From: Candidatus Eiseniibacteriota bacterium
Lineage (GTDB): Bacteria > Eisenbacteria > RBG-16-71-46
Reading direction: 5' to 3'
Length of the DNA: 64,000 nt
NCBI GenBank assembly: GCA_963725865.1
Contig: CAVSAC010000010.1
Coordinates: 800,001-864,000 of the forward strand
The notes under the pieces were generated by a model, which worked only from the letters and a program-made list of their open reading frames with translations, was not told the DNA's origin and searched no databases. This document shows, piece after piece, positions 37,272-46,693 of this stretch. The position numbers and the translations under genes are program-made. Each line of letters starts with the position of its first letter. Position 1 is the first letter of the stretch.

Positions 37272-38192
37272 ATGCGCAGCGCGCTGACCTGGACCGCCCT
37301 GCTGGGCGCGATCCTCGCGGTGTCCACCGCGTCGCTGCTCGTCCGCCGCGCCCAGCCGCTGGCGCCCTCGCTCGTGATCGCCGCCGGGCGGCTGGTGATC
37401 GCCACGCTGGTGCTGGCGCCGGTGGCCCTGACGCGCCACCGCGTCGATCTGCGCTCGCTGACCGCGCGCGAGCTCGGCCTCGCGTTCGTCGCGGGCGCGT
37501 TCCTGGCGCTCCACTTCGCCACCTGGATCGCGTCGCTGGCCAGCACGAGCATCACGTCGTCGGTGGTGCTGGTGACCACCTCCCCGCTGTGGGTGGCGTT
37601 GCTCGCGCCCGTGGTGCTGCGCGAGCGGCTGTCGCGGCCCGCTCAGCTCGGGCTCGCCGTGGCCCTGCTCGGCGGAGTGGCCGTGGTGCTCGGGGATTCC
37701 GGCACGCGGACCGGCGGCGGCGCGTCGACGCCCCACGCGCTGCGGGGGGACCTGCTCGCGCTGTGCGGCGCGTGGATGATGGCGGGCTACCTGCTCGTCG
37801 GCCGGCGACTGCGCGGCCGCCTGCCGCTGGTGCCGTACGTGACGCTCGTGTACGGCATCGCCGCAGTGCTGCTGACGCTCGCGGTGGTCGCCACCCGCAC
37901 CGACGTCGGGGCGGTGCCGCGCGCGGCGTGGGGCTGGATCGTGCTGCTCGCGCTGGTCCCGCAGCTGCTCGGACACAGCACGTTCAACTGGGCCCTGCGG
38001 CACGTGCCGGCCACGGTGGTGGCACTCGCGCTGCTGGGCGAGCCGGTGGGTTCGGCGGCGCTCGCGTTCGCGTGGCTGGGCGAGGTCCCGTCGCGGCTCA
38101 CGCTCGCCGGTGCGGCGCTCGTCCTGGCGGGCGTGGTGCTCGCCGCGCGCGCGCCACTGGGGCGCGCCTCGACTCCGCCGGCGGCCGCGTAA
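37272..38192 (+). CDS. DMT/EamA family transporter
   Basis: About 10 TM segments; 'LALHFATWIASL', 'GDLLAL', 'QLLGHSTFNWAL', 'LGEPVG'. Confidence 0.9.
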   Translation: MRSALTWTALLGAILAVSTASLLVRRAQPLAPSLVIAAGRLVIATLVLAPVALTRHRVDLRSLTARELGLAFVAGAFLALHFATWIASLASTSITSSVVLVTTSPLWVALLAPVVLRERLSRPAQLGLAVALLGGVAVVLGDSGTRTGGGASTPHALRGDLLALCGAWMMAGYLLVGRRLRGRLPLVPYVTLVYGIAAVLLTLAVVATRTDVGAVPRAAWGWIVLLALVPQLLGHSTFNWALRHVPATVVALALLGEPVGSAALAFAWLGEVPSRLTLAGAALVLAGVVLAARAPLGRASTPPAAA

Positions 38193-38210
38193 CCCGCGCG
38201 GCGCGCGACC

Positions 38211-39521
38211 TCAGCCGCGGGCCGCCGCCTCGCGCCGCAACGCGTCCCAGGCCACCCGCACGTCGTCCTCGGTGGTGCGCGCGTTGCCGATCGCGAGCCG
38301 CAGCACGGTCCGGCCGGCCAGCTTGGTGCTCGACAGGAACGCCTCGCCGCTCGCGTTCACGCGCTCCATCAGCGCCGAGTTCGCCGCGTCGTCGGCGTCG
38401 TAGCGGAAGCACACGACCGAGAACGGCCGCGGCGCGCACACCGTCCAGCCCGGGGTCGCGCGCACCCACGACTCGAAACGCTCCGCCAGCGCCACGTGCT
38501 CGCGAATCAGGCGCTGCAGCCCGTCGCGCCCCAGGCAGCGCAGCACCGTCCACAGCTTGAGCGCGCGGAAGCGGCGGCCGAGCACCGGGCTGTGATCCAT
38601 CAGGTTCACGTCCGCGCTGTCGGCGGTGCGGAGGTACTCCGGCACCAGGCTGAACGCGCGCCGCAGCGCGTCCGGTCGCCGGCTCCAGAACAGCGAGCAG
38701 TCCATCGGCGTGAACATCCACTTGTGCGCGTTCACCACCAGCGAGTCGGCGCGCTCCACCCCCGCGAACGCCCAGCGCAGCTCCGGGCAGACCATCGCCC
38801 CGCCCGCGTACGCGGCGTCGACGTGCAGCCACGCCCCGGCGCGCTCGGCGGCGTCGGCGATCGCCGGCACCGGGTCGACACTGGTGCTCGAGGTGGTCCC
38901 CACCGTCGCGACCACCGCGCAGGCGCCCGCCAGGTCGAGCGCGTCGGCACGCATGCGGAACGCCTCGTCGGCCGGGATCCGCCGCAGCTCGAGGCCCGCC
39001 ATGTGGCACGCCTTCTCGACCGACGAGTGCGCGTGCTCCGAGGCCGCGACCACGCGACGGCCCGGCGCGGCGTCGCGCGCGGCGACCAGCGCCGCGAACG
39101 TCGATGTCGACGCCGTGTCCTCGATGTGCCCGTGCCACCCGGCCGGCAGCCCGAGCAGCTCGGCGGCCCAGCCCAGCACGTGCGACTCCAGCTCCGTGAG
39201 CGCCGGGCTGGTGCGCCACAGGAAGCCGACGTTGTTGAGCGTGGCCGCCAGCATCTCCGCGAGCACGGCCGGCTCGATCGCGGTGTTCGCGAAGTAGGCG
39301 AAGAAGCGCGGATGCTGCCAGTGCGTGACGGCCGGCATCACCACGTCGTCGAGGTCGCGCAGCACCGCGGCGAACGGCTCGCCGTGCTCGGGCGGGTGCG
39401 CCGGCAGCCGCGCGCGCAGCTCGCCCGGCGCCACCTGCGCGAGCACCGGGCGCTCGCGCAGCGTCTCGAGATAGCGCGCCGCCCACTCGAGCGCGGCGGC
39501 GCCGTCCTCGCGGAAGCTCAC
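38211..39521 (-). CDS. Group II PLP-dependent (aromatic amino acid-type) decarboxylase
   Basis: 'THWQHPRFFAYF', 'SPALTELE', 'AHSSVEKA', 'WLHVDAAYAG', PLP lysine in 'NAHKW', 'LGRRFRALKLW'. Confidence 0.92.
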   Translation of the reverse strand: MSFREDGAAALEWAARYLETLRERPVLAQVAPGELRARLPAHPPEHGEPFAAVLRDLDDVVMPAVTHWQHPRFFAYFANTAIEPAVLAEMLAATLNNVGFLWRTSPALTELESHVLGWAAELLGLPAGWHGHIEDTASTSTFAALVAARDAAPGRRVVAASEHAHSSVEKACHMAGLELRRIPADEAFRMRADALDLAGACAVVATVGTTSSTSVDPVPAIADAAERAGAWLHVDAAYAGGAMVCPELRWAFAGVERADSLVVNAHKWMFTPMDCSLFWSRRPDALRRAFSLVPEYLRTADSADVNLMDHSPVLGRRFRALKLWTVLRCLGRDGLQRLIREHVALAERFESWVRATPGWTVCAPRPFSVVCFRYDADDAANSALMERVNASGEAFLSSTKLAGRTVLRLAIGNARTTEDDVRVAWDALRREAAARG

Positions 39522-39549
39522 GCGGCCCCTCGCCGGCCGGCCGCGCGCG

Positions 39550-40599
39550 TCACTTGAGGTACTTCGCGAGGAACGCCCAGACCTCCTGGCGGGCCTGGCG
39601 ACCGTACGCGGTGTCGATGCGGTCGAACGAGTGCCCGCCCGGGGCATCCGTGTAGATCTTGTACTCGAAGTGCTTGTCCGCCGCCTTCAGCTGCGCGATC
39701 AGGTGCTCGACTTCGATCACGTTCACGTCGCGGTCGTTGGTGGTCGTGTGGATGAGCAGCGGCGTGCGCAGCTTCTCCGCGTTCCACGCCGGCGAGCGCT
39801 TGCGATACAGGTCGACGTCCTCGCTCGCGGTCTTGCCGAGGTGATACGGCGCGGCGAACTCCTCCTGGTAGTCGGCGCCCGCGTAGCCCATGCGCGCGAC
39901 CAGGTCGGAGACGGGCACCCCGGCGAAGCACACCTTGAACTTCTCGGGATGGTCGAACACCGCCATCAGCGCGATCAGCCCGCCGTGGCTCCAGCCCACG
40001 ATGCCGACGCGACCGGCGTCCACGAATGGCAGCGTCTCCACCGCCCAGTCGCGTGCGGCGACGCAGTCGTCGATCTCGAGTCCGCCGTAGTCGATGCTCT
40101 CCTGGAACTCGCGACCGTAGCCGGTCGAACCGCGGTACTCGGGCGCGATCACCACGTACCCCTTGTCCATCAGCTCGCGGATGATGTGGGTGTGGTAGGT
40201 GGTGAAGTCGGCGTGCACGCCGCCGTGCGGGAGCACCAGCAGCGGCGCCTTGCCGCGCCGGTCGAGCTTCTTCGGCACGAACACGTAGGTCCAGAACTTG
40301 AGCGGATGGCGCTCGTTCGCGATGCCGTAGATCGGCGTGCCCTTCGGATTCGGCGGCCCGGTGATGAACACCTTGTCGATGTCGGCCACCTCGCCGACGC
40401 GCTCGAACCACAGGATGTCGTCGATGCCCTTCGCGAGCTGGTCGCGGGCGTACTCGGCGGCGTCGAGTCGCTTCTCGATCGCCGACAGCCGCGTGTCGAG
40501 GTCGGGTGCCGGCGGGTCGGCGGCGCGCGCGGACACGGCGAGCGAACCGGCGAGCAGCAGCGCCGCCGACAGCGCGACGAACGGCGAGTGAATGCGCAT
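39550..40599 (-). CDS. Secreted S9-family (prolyl oligopeptidase-like) peptidase
   Basis: Signal peptide; 'HGG', 'YRGSTGYG', GWSHG, 'D-R-D-V', 'GGHSF'; GAGGAGG RBS. Confidence 0.9.
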   Translation of the reverse strand: MRIHSPFVALSAALLLAGSLAVSARAADPPAPDLDTRLSAIEKRLDAAEYARDQLAKGIDDILWFERVGEVADIDKVFITGPPNPKGTPIYGIANERHPLKFWTYVFVPKKLDRRGKAPLLVLPHGGVHADFTTYHTHIIRELMDKGYVVIAPEYRGSTGYGREFQESIDYGGLEIDDCVAARDWAVETLPFVDAGRVGIVGWSHGGLIALMAVFDHPEKFKVCFAGVPVSDLVARMGYAGADYQEEFAAPYHLGKTASEDVDLYRKRSPAWNAEKLRTPLLIHTTTNDRDVNVIEVEHLIAQLKAADKHFEYKIYTDAPGGHSFDRIDTAYGRQARQEVWAFLAKYLK

Positions 40600-40867
40600 G
40601 ACGTCCTCCTCGGTGATCGGGGGACTGAACTCTCGAGTCCGCGCAGCCTACGCCGCTGCCCGGCGTGATACCAGCCGCGGCCAGCGCCCTCTGCGATCCC
40701 CGATCCGCACGCCGCTCGGCGGGCCGGCCGGCTGCGGCACTCGCATGCCACGCGCTCGACCGCCGCGCGGGATGCGGTGACGAGCGCGGCGCGTTCGCGT
40801 GGCCGGCGCTTCCGCGCTGCTGCTAAGATGCGCGCCGCACGCCGTCCGCTCCCCACCTGGACCTCGC

Positions 40868-42097
40868 ATGGACGCCCACGCCGATCCCGATCGCATGCTC
40901 GACGGCTTCCGCCTCGCCCCCGGCTTCCGCGCGCGCGCCACCACTTGCGGGCTCAAGGCCAGCGGCCGGCCCGACCTCGCGCTGGTGTGGAGCGAACAGC
41001 CCTGCAGCGCCGCGGGCGTGTTCACCACCTGCCGGGTGCCGGCCGCGCCGGTGCTGCTCGACCGCGAGGTGCTGGGCGCACGCGCCGGGGACGTGCGCGC
41101 GGTGATCGCCAACTCGGGCTGCGCCAACGCCTGCACCGGCGAGCCCGGGATGGCCGACGCGCGTGCGATGGCGGCGCTGGCGGCGACCGCGGTGGGCGCC
41201 GAGCCCGCCCAGGTGCTGGTGCTCTCGACCGGCGTCATCGGGGCGCCGCTCGACATGCACAAGCTCGCGCGCGGCGTCACCGCGCTGACCGCGCCCGGCG
41301 GTGCGGATTCGGCACCCGACGCGGTGCGCGCCATCATGACCACCGACACCCGCCCCAAGGTGGCGGGCGCCGAAGCCGTGATCGGCGGCCGCGCCGTGAT
41401 CGTGAGCGGCTTCGCCAAGGGCGCCGGCATGATCCACCCCGACCTCGCCACGATGCTCGCGATCGTCACCACCGACGCCGCGGTCGCGCCCTCCGCGCTC
41501 CAGCGCCTGCTCGCCGCCGCGGTGGCGAGCTCGTTCAACCGCATCAGCGTGGACGGCGACATGAGCACCAACGACACCGTGCTGCTGCTCGCCTCGGGCG
41601 CCGCGGGCGTCACGGTGGATGCCGCCCACGAGCCGGCGTTCGCGGCCGTGCTCGCGTCGGTGTGCGGCTCGCTCGCGCGCCAGATCGCGCGCGACGGCGA
41701 GGGCGCCACGCGGCTGGTCGAGGTCGCGGTCGCGGGGGCCGTCGACGAGCGCTCGGCGCACGCGGTCGCCGACGCGATCGCGCGCTCGCTGCTGGTCAAG
41801 ACCGCGATCCACGGCGGCGATCCCAACTGGGGCCGCGTGCTGGCCGCCGCCGGCTCGTGCGGCGTCGCGCTCGACCCGGCGCGGATCGCGCTCGCGTTCG
41901 GACCGGTCGACGACGCCGTCCGCGTGGTCGAGCACGGCGTGCGCGCCTCCCACGACGAGCGCGCGGCCGCCGCGCGCCTGCGCCAGGACCCGGTCGTGAT
42001 CCGGCTCGAGCTGGGGCTCGGATCCGCCGCGGCCACCGTTTGGACCTGCGACCTCAGCGCCGAGTACGTCTCCATCAACGCCGACTACACCACCTGA
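40868..42097 (+). CDS. argJ: Bifunctional ornithine acetyltransferase/N-acetylglutamate synthase
   Basis: 'NSGCANACTG', 'STGVIG', 'IMTTDT', 'KGAGMIHP', 'DGDMSTNDT', 'DGEGAT', 'DPNWGR'. Confidence 0.95.
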   Translation: MDAHADPDRMLDGFRLAPGFRARATTCGLKASGRPDLALVWSEQPCSAAGVFTTCRVPAAPVLLDREVLGARAGDVRAVIANSGCANACTGEPGMADARAMAALAATAVGAEPAQVLVLSTGVIGAPLDMHKLARGVTALTAPGGADSAPDAVRAIMTTDTRPKVAGAEAVIGGRAVIVSGFAKGAGMIHPDLATMLAIVTTDAAVAPSALQRLLAAAVASSFNRISVDGDMSTNDTVLLLASGAAGVTVDAAHEPAFAAVLASVCGSLARQIARDGEGATRLVEVAVAGAVDERSAHAVADAIARSLLVKTAIHGGDPNWGRVLAAAGSCGVALDPARIALAFGPVDDAVRVVEHGVRASHDERAAAARLRQDPVVIRLELGLGSAAATVWTCDLSAEYVSINADYTT

Positions 42098-42137
42098 GCG
42101 CGGGCACGGCCCGCGCGCGAAAGGAGTCCCGATCCCG

Positions 42138-43403
42138 ATGGCCACTTACCTCGAGCAGCGCCGCGCCCGAGCCGCCGCCGCCTGGTCGCTCACCGACGAG
42201 ATCGTGCTGGTGGGCGCGGGCGAGCCCCTCTCCATTCCCGGCGGCGCCGACCAGACCTATCCCTTCATCGCGCACGCCGAGTACTTCTGGCTCGCGGACA
42301 CCGAGTGCGTCGGCGGCGTGGTGGCGTTCGATCCCAAGTCGGGCTGGGTGGACTTCGTGCCGCCGATCACCGAGGCCGAGCAGGTGTGGGAGGGCAAGAC
42401 CGAGGTCCAGGGCGTTCCGGTTCACGAGTTGCCGGGCTGGCTCCACGCGCGCCGCGGGCGCGCGATCCTCAACCTCGGATCGCCGCTCGCCGGCATCCCG
42501 AGCGGCGGCGGACGCCTCGAGGAGCTGCGCGACGCGCTGTCGCACGCACGGCGCCCCAAGGACGAAGTCGAGCTGACACGCATGCGCCGCGCGGCGGCCG
42601 CCACGGTGGCCGGCTTCGAGAAGGTGAAGGGGCTCATCCGCCCCGGCGTCACCGAGCGCGCGCTGCAGGTCGAGCTGGAGGCGGAGTTCTTCCGCCACGG
42701 CGGCGAGTGCACCGCGTACGGCACCATCGTCGGCGCGGGCTCGCACTCGGGCGTGCTCCACTTCAGCCCCACGGAGCGGGCGCTGAAGGACGGCGATGCG
42801 GTGCTGATCGACGCCGGCGCCGAGATCCAGCGCTACGCGAGCGACATCACGCGCACCTACCGCGCCGGCAAGGCCGACGGATTCTTCCGCGACCTCTATC
42901 AGGTGGTGCTCGCGGTCGAGGAGCGCGGCGTCGCCCGCTGCGTGAAGGGCGGGGAGTGGCGCGACATCCACCTGGCTGCCGGCCGCGAGCTGGCCGAGGG
43001 GCTGGTGGCGCTCGACATCCTGCGCGGCGACGTCGACGCGCTGATCGAGCGCGACGCGCACGCGATGTTCTTCCCGCACGGCCTCGGCCACCTGGTCGGC
43101 CTCGGGGTCCGCGACGCGAGCGGCTACCTCCCGGGGCGCAAGCGCAGCACGCGGCCGGGGCTCAGCATGCTGCGCACCGATCTGCCACTGCAGCCGGGCT
43201 ACACCATCACCGTCGAGCCGGGCATCTACTTCATCCCCGCGCTGCTCAACCACCCGGAGCGCCGCGCCAGGTACCGGGACGCGGTGAACTGGGCGAAGGT
43301 CGACGGCCTGCTCGAATTCGGCGGCATCCGCATCGAGGACAACGTGCACGTCACCGAGGGCGCTCCCGAGGTGCTGACCGCGGCGCTGAGCAAGGCGCTG
43401 TAG
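42138..43403 (+). CDS. M24 Xaa-Pro aminopeptidase/dipeptidase
   Basis: 'LIDAGAE...YASDITRT', 'HGLGH', 'TVEPGIY', 'GGIRIED'; AAGGAG RBS. Confidence 0.92.
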   Translation: MATYLEQRRARAAAAWSLTDEIVLVGAGEPLSIPGGADQTYPFIAHAEYFWLADTECVGGVVAFDPKSGWVDFVPPITEAEQVWEGKTEVQGVPVHELPGWLHARRGRAILNLGSPLAGIPSGGGRLEELRDALSHARRPKDEVELTRMRRAAAATVAGFEKVKGLIRPGVTERALQVELEAEFFRHGGECTAYGTIVGAGSHSGVLHFSPTERALKDGDAVLIDAGAEIQRYASDITRTYRAGKADGFFRDLYQVVLAVEERGVARCVKGGEWRDIHLAAGRELAEGLVALDILRGDVDALIERDAHAMFFPHGLGHLVGLGVRDASGYLPGRKRSTRPGLSMLRTDLPLQPGYTITVEPGIYFIPALLNHPERRARYRDAVNWAKVDGLLEFGGIRIEDNVHVTEGAPEVLTAALSKAL

Positions 43404-43486
43404 CGGGCGCGGCCGGCCGGAGCCGCGGGCTACGCGGTGGCGCCGGCGTGGCAGGCCGGCGCCGCCCGCTACGCGGTGGCGCCGGC
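43401..43486. repeat. Inverted repeat between convergent stops plus 19-bp direct repeat GCTACGCGGTGGCGCCGGC (43429-43447, 43468-43486)
   Basis: Read directly from the sequence; likely a bidirectional terminator hairpin. Confidence 0.6.
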
Positions 43487-45274
43487 CTTCGCGCTGGACA
43501 GCCGCTTCTCGAGCGCCGCCAACTCCTCCTTCAGCCCCTGTGGGAGCTTGGCCCCGAACTTCTCGTAGTGCTTGCGGATGAGCGGCAGCTCCGCGCTCCA
43601 GCCCTCCACGTCCACCCTCAGCAGCTCGGCCAGCGCCGCGGGCGGAACCTCGAGCCCGCTCAGGTCGAGCGCGCCGGGCGCGGGCAGCCGCCCGATCGGC
43701 GTGTCCACCGCCTGCGCGGTGCCGGTCACGCGCTCGAACACCCACTTCAGCACGCGGCTGTTCTCCCCGTAGCCCGGCCACAGGAACTTCCCCTCGGCGC
43801 TCTTGCGGAACCAGTTCACGTAGAAGATCCGCGGCAGCTTCGCCGCGTCCGCCTTCGCGCCGGTGTCGAGCCAGTGCTGGAAGTAGTCGCCCATGTGGTA
43901 GCCGCAGAACGGCAGCATGGCGAAGGGATCGTGGCGCAGCGTGCCGACCGCGCCGGCGGCGGCCGCGGTGGTCTCGCTGCTCATGATCGAGCCGAGGAAC
44001 GTCCCGTGCCGCCACGACAGCGCCTCGTTCACCAGCGGTACCACCGTGGCGCGGCGGCCGCCGAACAGGATCGCCGAGATCGGCACGCCCTGCGGGTCCT
44101 CCCACTCCGGCGAGATCACCGGACACTGGCGCGCGGGCGTGGTGAAGCGGGCGTTCGGGTGGGCCGCCTTGCGTCCGCTCTGTTCGGTCCACGGCCGCCG
44201 CAGCCAGTCGACCGCCTCCGCCGGCGGCGGGCCCATCTCCTCCCACCACACGTCCCCCTCGGGCGTGATCGCGCAGTTGGTGAAGATCGAGTTGCGCTCG
44301 ATGGTGCGCATCGCGTTCGGGTTGCTCTGCACGCTGGTGCCGGGGGCCACGCCGAAGAACCCCGCCTCGGGATTGATCGCGTACAGGCGGCCGTCGGCGC
44401 CGAACTTCATCCAGGCGATGTCGTCCCCGACGGTCTCCACCTTCCAGCCCGGCAGCGTCGGACGGAGCATCGCCAGGTTGGTCTTGCCGCACGCCGACGG
44501 GAACGCCGCGGCGACGTAGGCCTTCTCGCCCTGCGGGTTCGTGATGCCGAGGATCAGCATGTGCTCGGCCATCCAGCCTTCGTCGCGCGCCTGCACGGAG
44601 GCGATGCGCAGGGCGTGGCACTTCTTGCCGAGCAGCGCGTTGCCGCCGTACCCGGAGCCGAACGACCAGATCTCGCGCGTCTCGGGAAAATGACAGATGT
44701 ACTTGGTGGTGGGGTTGCACGGCCACGGCGAGTCGGGCTGCGCTCCCTCGAGCGGCGCACCCACGGTGTGCAGGCCGCGCACGAACTCGCCGTCGGCGCC
44801 CAGCGCCGCGAGCACCCGCGCGCCGACGCGCGCCATGATGTGCATGTTCGCGACCACGTACGGCGAGTCGGTGAGCTCGACCCCGATGCGCGCGATCGGC
44901 GAGCCGATCGGGCCCATGCTGTAGGGGATCACGTACATCGTGCGGCCCTTCATCGCGCCGGTGAAGAGCTCGGCGAGGGTCTTCTTCACCTCGCCCGGGT
45001 CGCGCCAGTTGTTCGTGGGGCCGGCGTCCTCGCGACGCCGCGAGCAGATGAACGTCAGGTCCTCGACCCGCGCCACGTCCGCGGGATCGGAGCGCACGAA
45101 GACGCTGTTCGGGCGCCGGACCGGGTCGAGCCAGATCGCGCTGCCGGACTGCACCATGATGCGAAGCATGTCCTGGTACTCGCGCTCGGATCCGTCACAC
45201 CACGCGATCCGGTCGGGCTGGCACATCGCGGCCACATCCTCGACCCAGGACTTCAGGACCTGGTTGTTCGTCAT
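43469..45274 (-). CDS. pckG: Phosphoenolpyruvate carboxykinase (GTP)
   Basis: 'DVARVE', '[14 protein letters not shown]', '[14 protein letters not shown]', 'GDDIAW', 'AHPNARF', '[11 protein letters not shown]'. Confidence 0.97.
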   Translation of the reverse strand: MTNNQVLKSWVEDVAAMCQPDRIAWCDGSEREYQDMLRIMVQSGSAIWLDPVRRPNSVFVRSDPADVARVEDLTFICSRRREDAGPTNNWRDPGEVKKTLAELFTGAMKGRTMYVIPYSMGPIGSPIARIGVELTDSPYVVANMHIMARVGARVLAALGADGEFVRGLHTVGAPLEGAQPDSPWPCNPTTKYICHFPETREIWSFGSGYGGNALLGKKCHALRIASVQARDEGWMAEHMLILGITNPQGEKAYVAAAFPSACGKTNLAMLRPTLPGWKVETVGDDIAWMKFGADGRLYAINPEAGFFGVAPGTSVQSNPNAMRTIERNSIFTNCAITPEGDVWWEEMGPPPAEAVDWLRRPWTEQSGRKAAHPNARFTTPARQCPVISPEWEDPQGVPISAILFGGRRATVVPLVNEALSWRHGTFLGSIMSSETTAAAAGAVGTLRHDPFAMLPFCGYHMGDYFQHWLDTGAKADAAKLPRIFYVNWFRKSAEGKFLWPGYGENSRVLKWVFERVTGTAQAVDTPIGRLPAPGALDLSGLEVPPAALAELLRVDVEGWSAELPLIRKHYEKFGAKLPQGLKEELAALEKRLSSAKAGATA

Positions 45275-45579
45275 CGTCTCCGCCTCTTTGGCCCAACGGC
45301 TCGCGGCCGGCTGGCAGGGGTGGCGCTCGCGGCGATTCGGGCCGTCCGCGTGGGGGGATGGACCGCCGGTGGTCGAGTGGAAGCGGGTACACATAACCTC
45401 GCGACGCACGCCGCATCAAGGGCGGAAATGCGGTCCGCCGCGGTCCCCGCGGCCGCCCCCGCCGTCCGCCGGGGCCCCGCCCGACCCGGGCGGCCGCGGC
45501 CACGATCCACTGCGCGGCGGCGGCCGAACGGCCGATACCTGCGGGGACCATCCCGACCGGCCGTGATCCCGGAGGCTTC

Positions 45580-46218
45580 ATGAACACCCTGACCGTCGTC
45601 GCTCTCTCCGCCCTCGTCTCGGTCGTCGTCGTGCCGTTCCTGCTCCGCGCCCTGCTGCGCCTCTGGCTCGGTCGCGTCGTGGGTGAAGCGGCGCTCGCGA
45701 AGCAGCCCGACCGCATCCAGTTGATGCCGGCCACGCCGGGCGTGTGGCGGGACCGCGAGCGCTCGGAGCGGCTGGCGGCGGACTTCGCGCGCGAGGGTTT
45801 CCGCGACGCGGGCACGTTCACGGTGGCCGAGATGCCCGGCGTGGTGCTGCGCCTGCTGGCGCACGCGGGCGACGCGCTGGTCGCGGTCGTCTACGAGCAC
45901 CCCAAGGCGGGCTCGTGGGTGGAGTGCGTGTGCCGCTACCAGGACGGAACCAGTGCCCAGTTCACCACGCTGCCGGCCACCGGCCTCGAGGGTCGCCCGG
46001 GCTGCGTGCGCGTGAACGCGCCGGGACTCGATCCGTCGGCGCTGCTCGCCCGCATGCGCGCCGAGCGCCCGGCGCGCGCGCTGCGCCCGGTGAGCGCCTC
46101 CACCGTCGCGGCGGACTTCGAGCAGGCTTACGCCGACGAGATCGCGTGGCGCCGCCAGCGCGGCATCAGCGGGCGCGAAGTCGCGGCGGTCGCGGAGCGG
46201 ATGAAGCAGTCGGCCTGA
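45580..46218 (+). CDS. Hypothetical protein with N-terminal membrane anchor
   Basis: GGAGG RBS; hydrophobic N-terminus; typical codon bias. Confidence 0.7.
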   Translation: MNTLTVVALSALVSVVVVPFLLRALLRLWLGRVVGEAALAKQPDRIQLMPATPGVWRDRERSERLAADFAREGFRDAGTFTVAEMPGVVLRLLAHAGDALVAVVYEHPKAGSWVECVCRYQDGTSAQFTTLPATGLEGRPGCVRVNAPGLDPSALLARMRAERPARALRPVSASTVAADFEQAYADEIAWRRQRGISGREVAAVAERMKQSA

Positions 46219-46564
46219 GCGCCGCGCGCGGCTTCCAGCCGTGGCGCGCGAGGTTCACGCGGCCACGCGCGTCGAAGCGCACGCCCTCGCGCTCGAGTCG
46301 GATGCGCTGGGTCACCCCCGCGCCGCCGGGCGAGCGCATCAGGCTGATGCGCCCGCCGGCGCCCAGTACGCGATGCCACGGCAGCGGCGTCGCGTCGGGC
46401 AACGCATGGAGCGCGTAGCCCACCAGCCGCGCGTGACGCGGCAGCCCCGCGAGTGCGGCGACCTGTCCGTAGGTGGCGACCCGCCCGCGCGGGATGCGGC
46501 GCACCACCGCGCGGATGCGTGCGTGGGAGTCCGAGAGCGGGCGGGGAACGCGCGGGCGGAGCAT
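46166..46564 (-). CDS. Alkyltransferase-like protein (Atl/YbaZ, MGMT family)
   Basis: 'IPRGRVATYGQVA', 'ARLVGYAL', PWHRV (Trp in place of the catalytic Cys), 'LEREGV'. Confidence 0.9.
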   Translation of the reverse strand: MLRPRVPRPLSDSHARIRAVVRRIPRGRVATYGQVAALAGLPRHARLVGYALHALPDATPLPWHRVLGAGGRISLMRSPGGAGVTQRIRLEREGVRFDARGRVNLARHGWKPRAALRPTASSAPRPPRLRAR

Positions 46565-46693
46565 GCGCGCAGCCTAGCGCGCGACGGAACGCGGCGCCAC
46601 GCCGCGGAGCGGCAGGCACTCCGCGGTCTTTCGGTCGCTCGATCACGCTCCAACCTTCTCAATCCACGGCGCGATCCTGCCGATGAGACAGGA

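Noticed and set aside
46166..46564. Active O6-methylguanine methyltransferase (ogt/ada)
   Set aside because: Motif is PWHR, not PCHR, so it is the non-catalytic Atl type.
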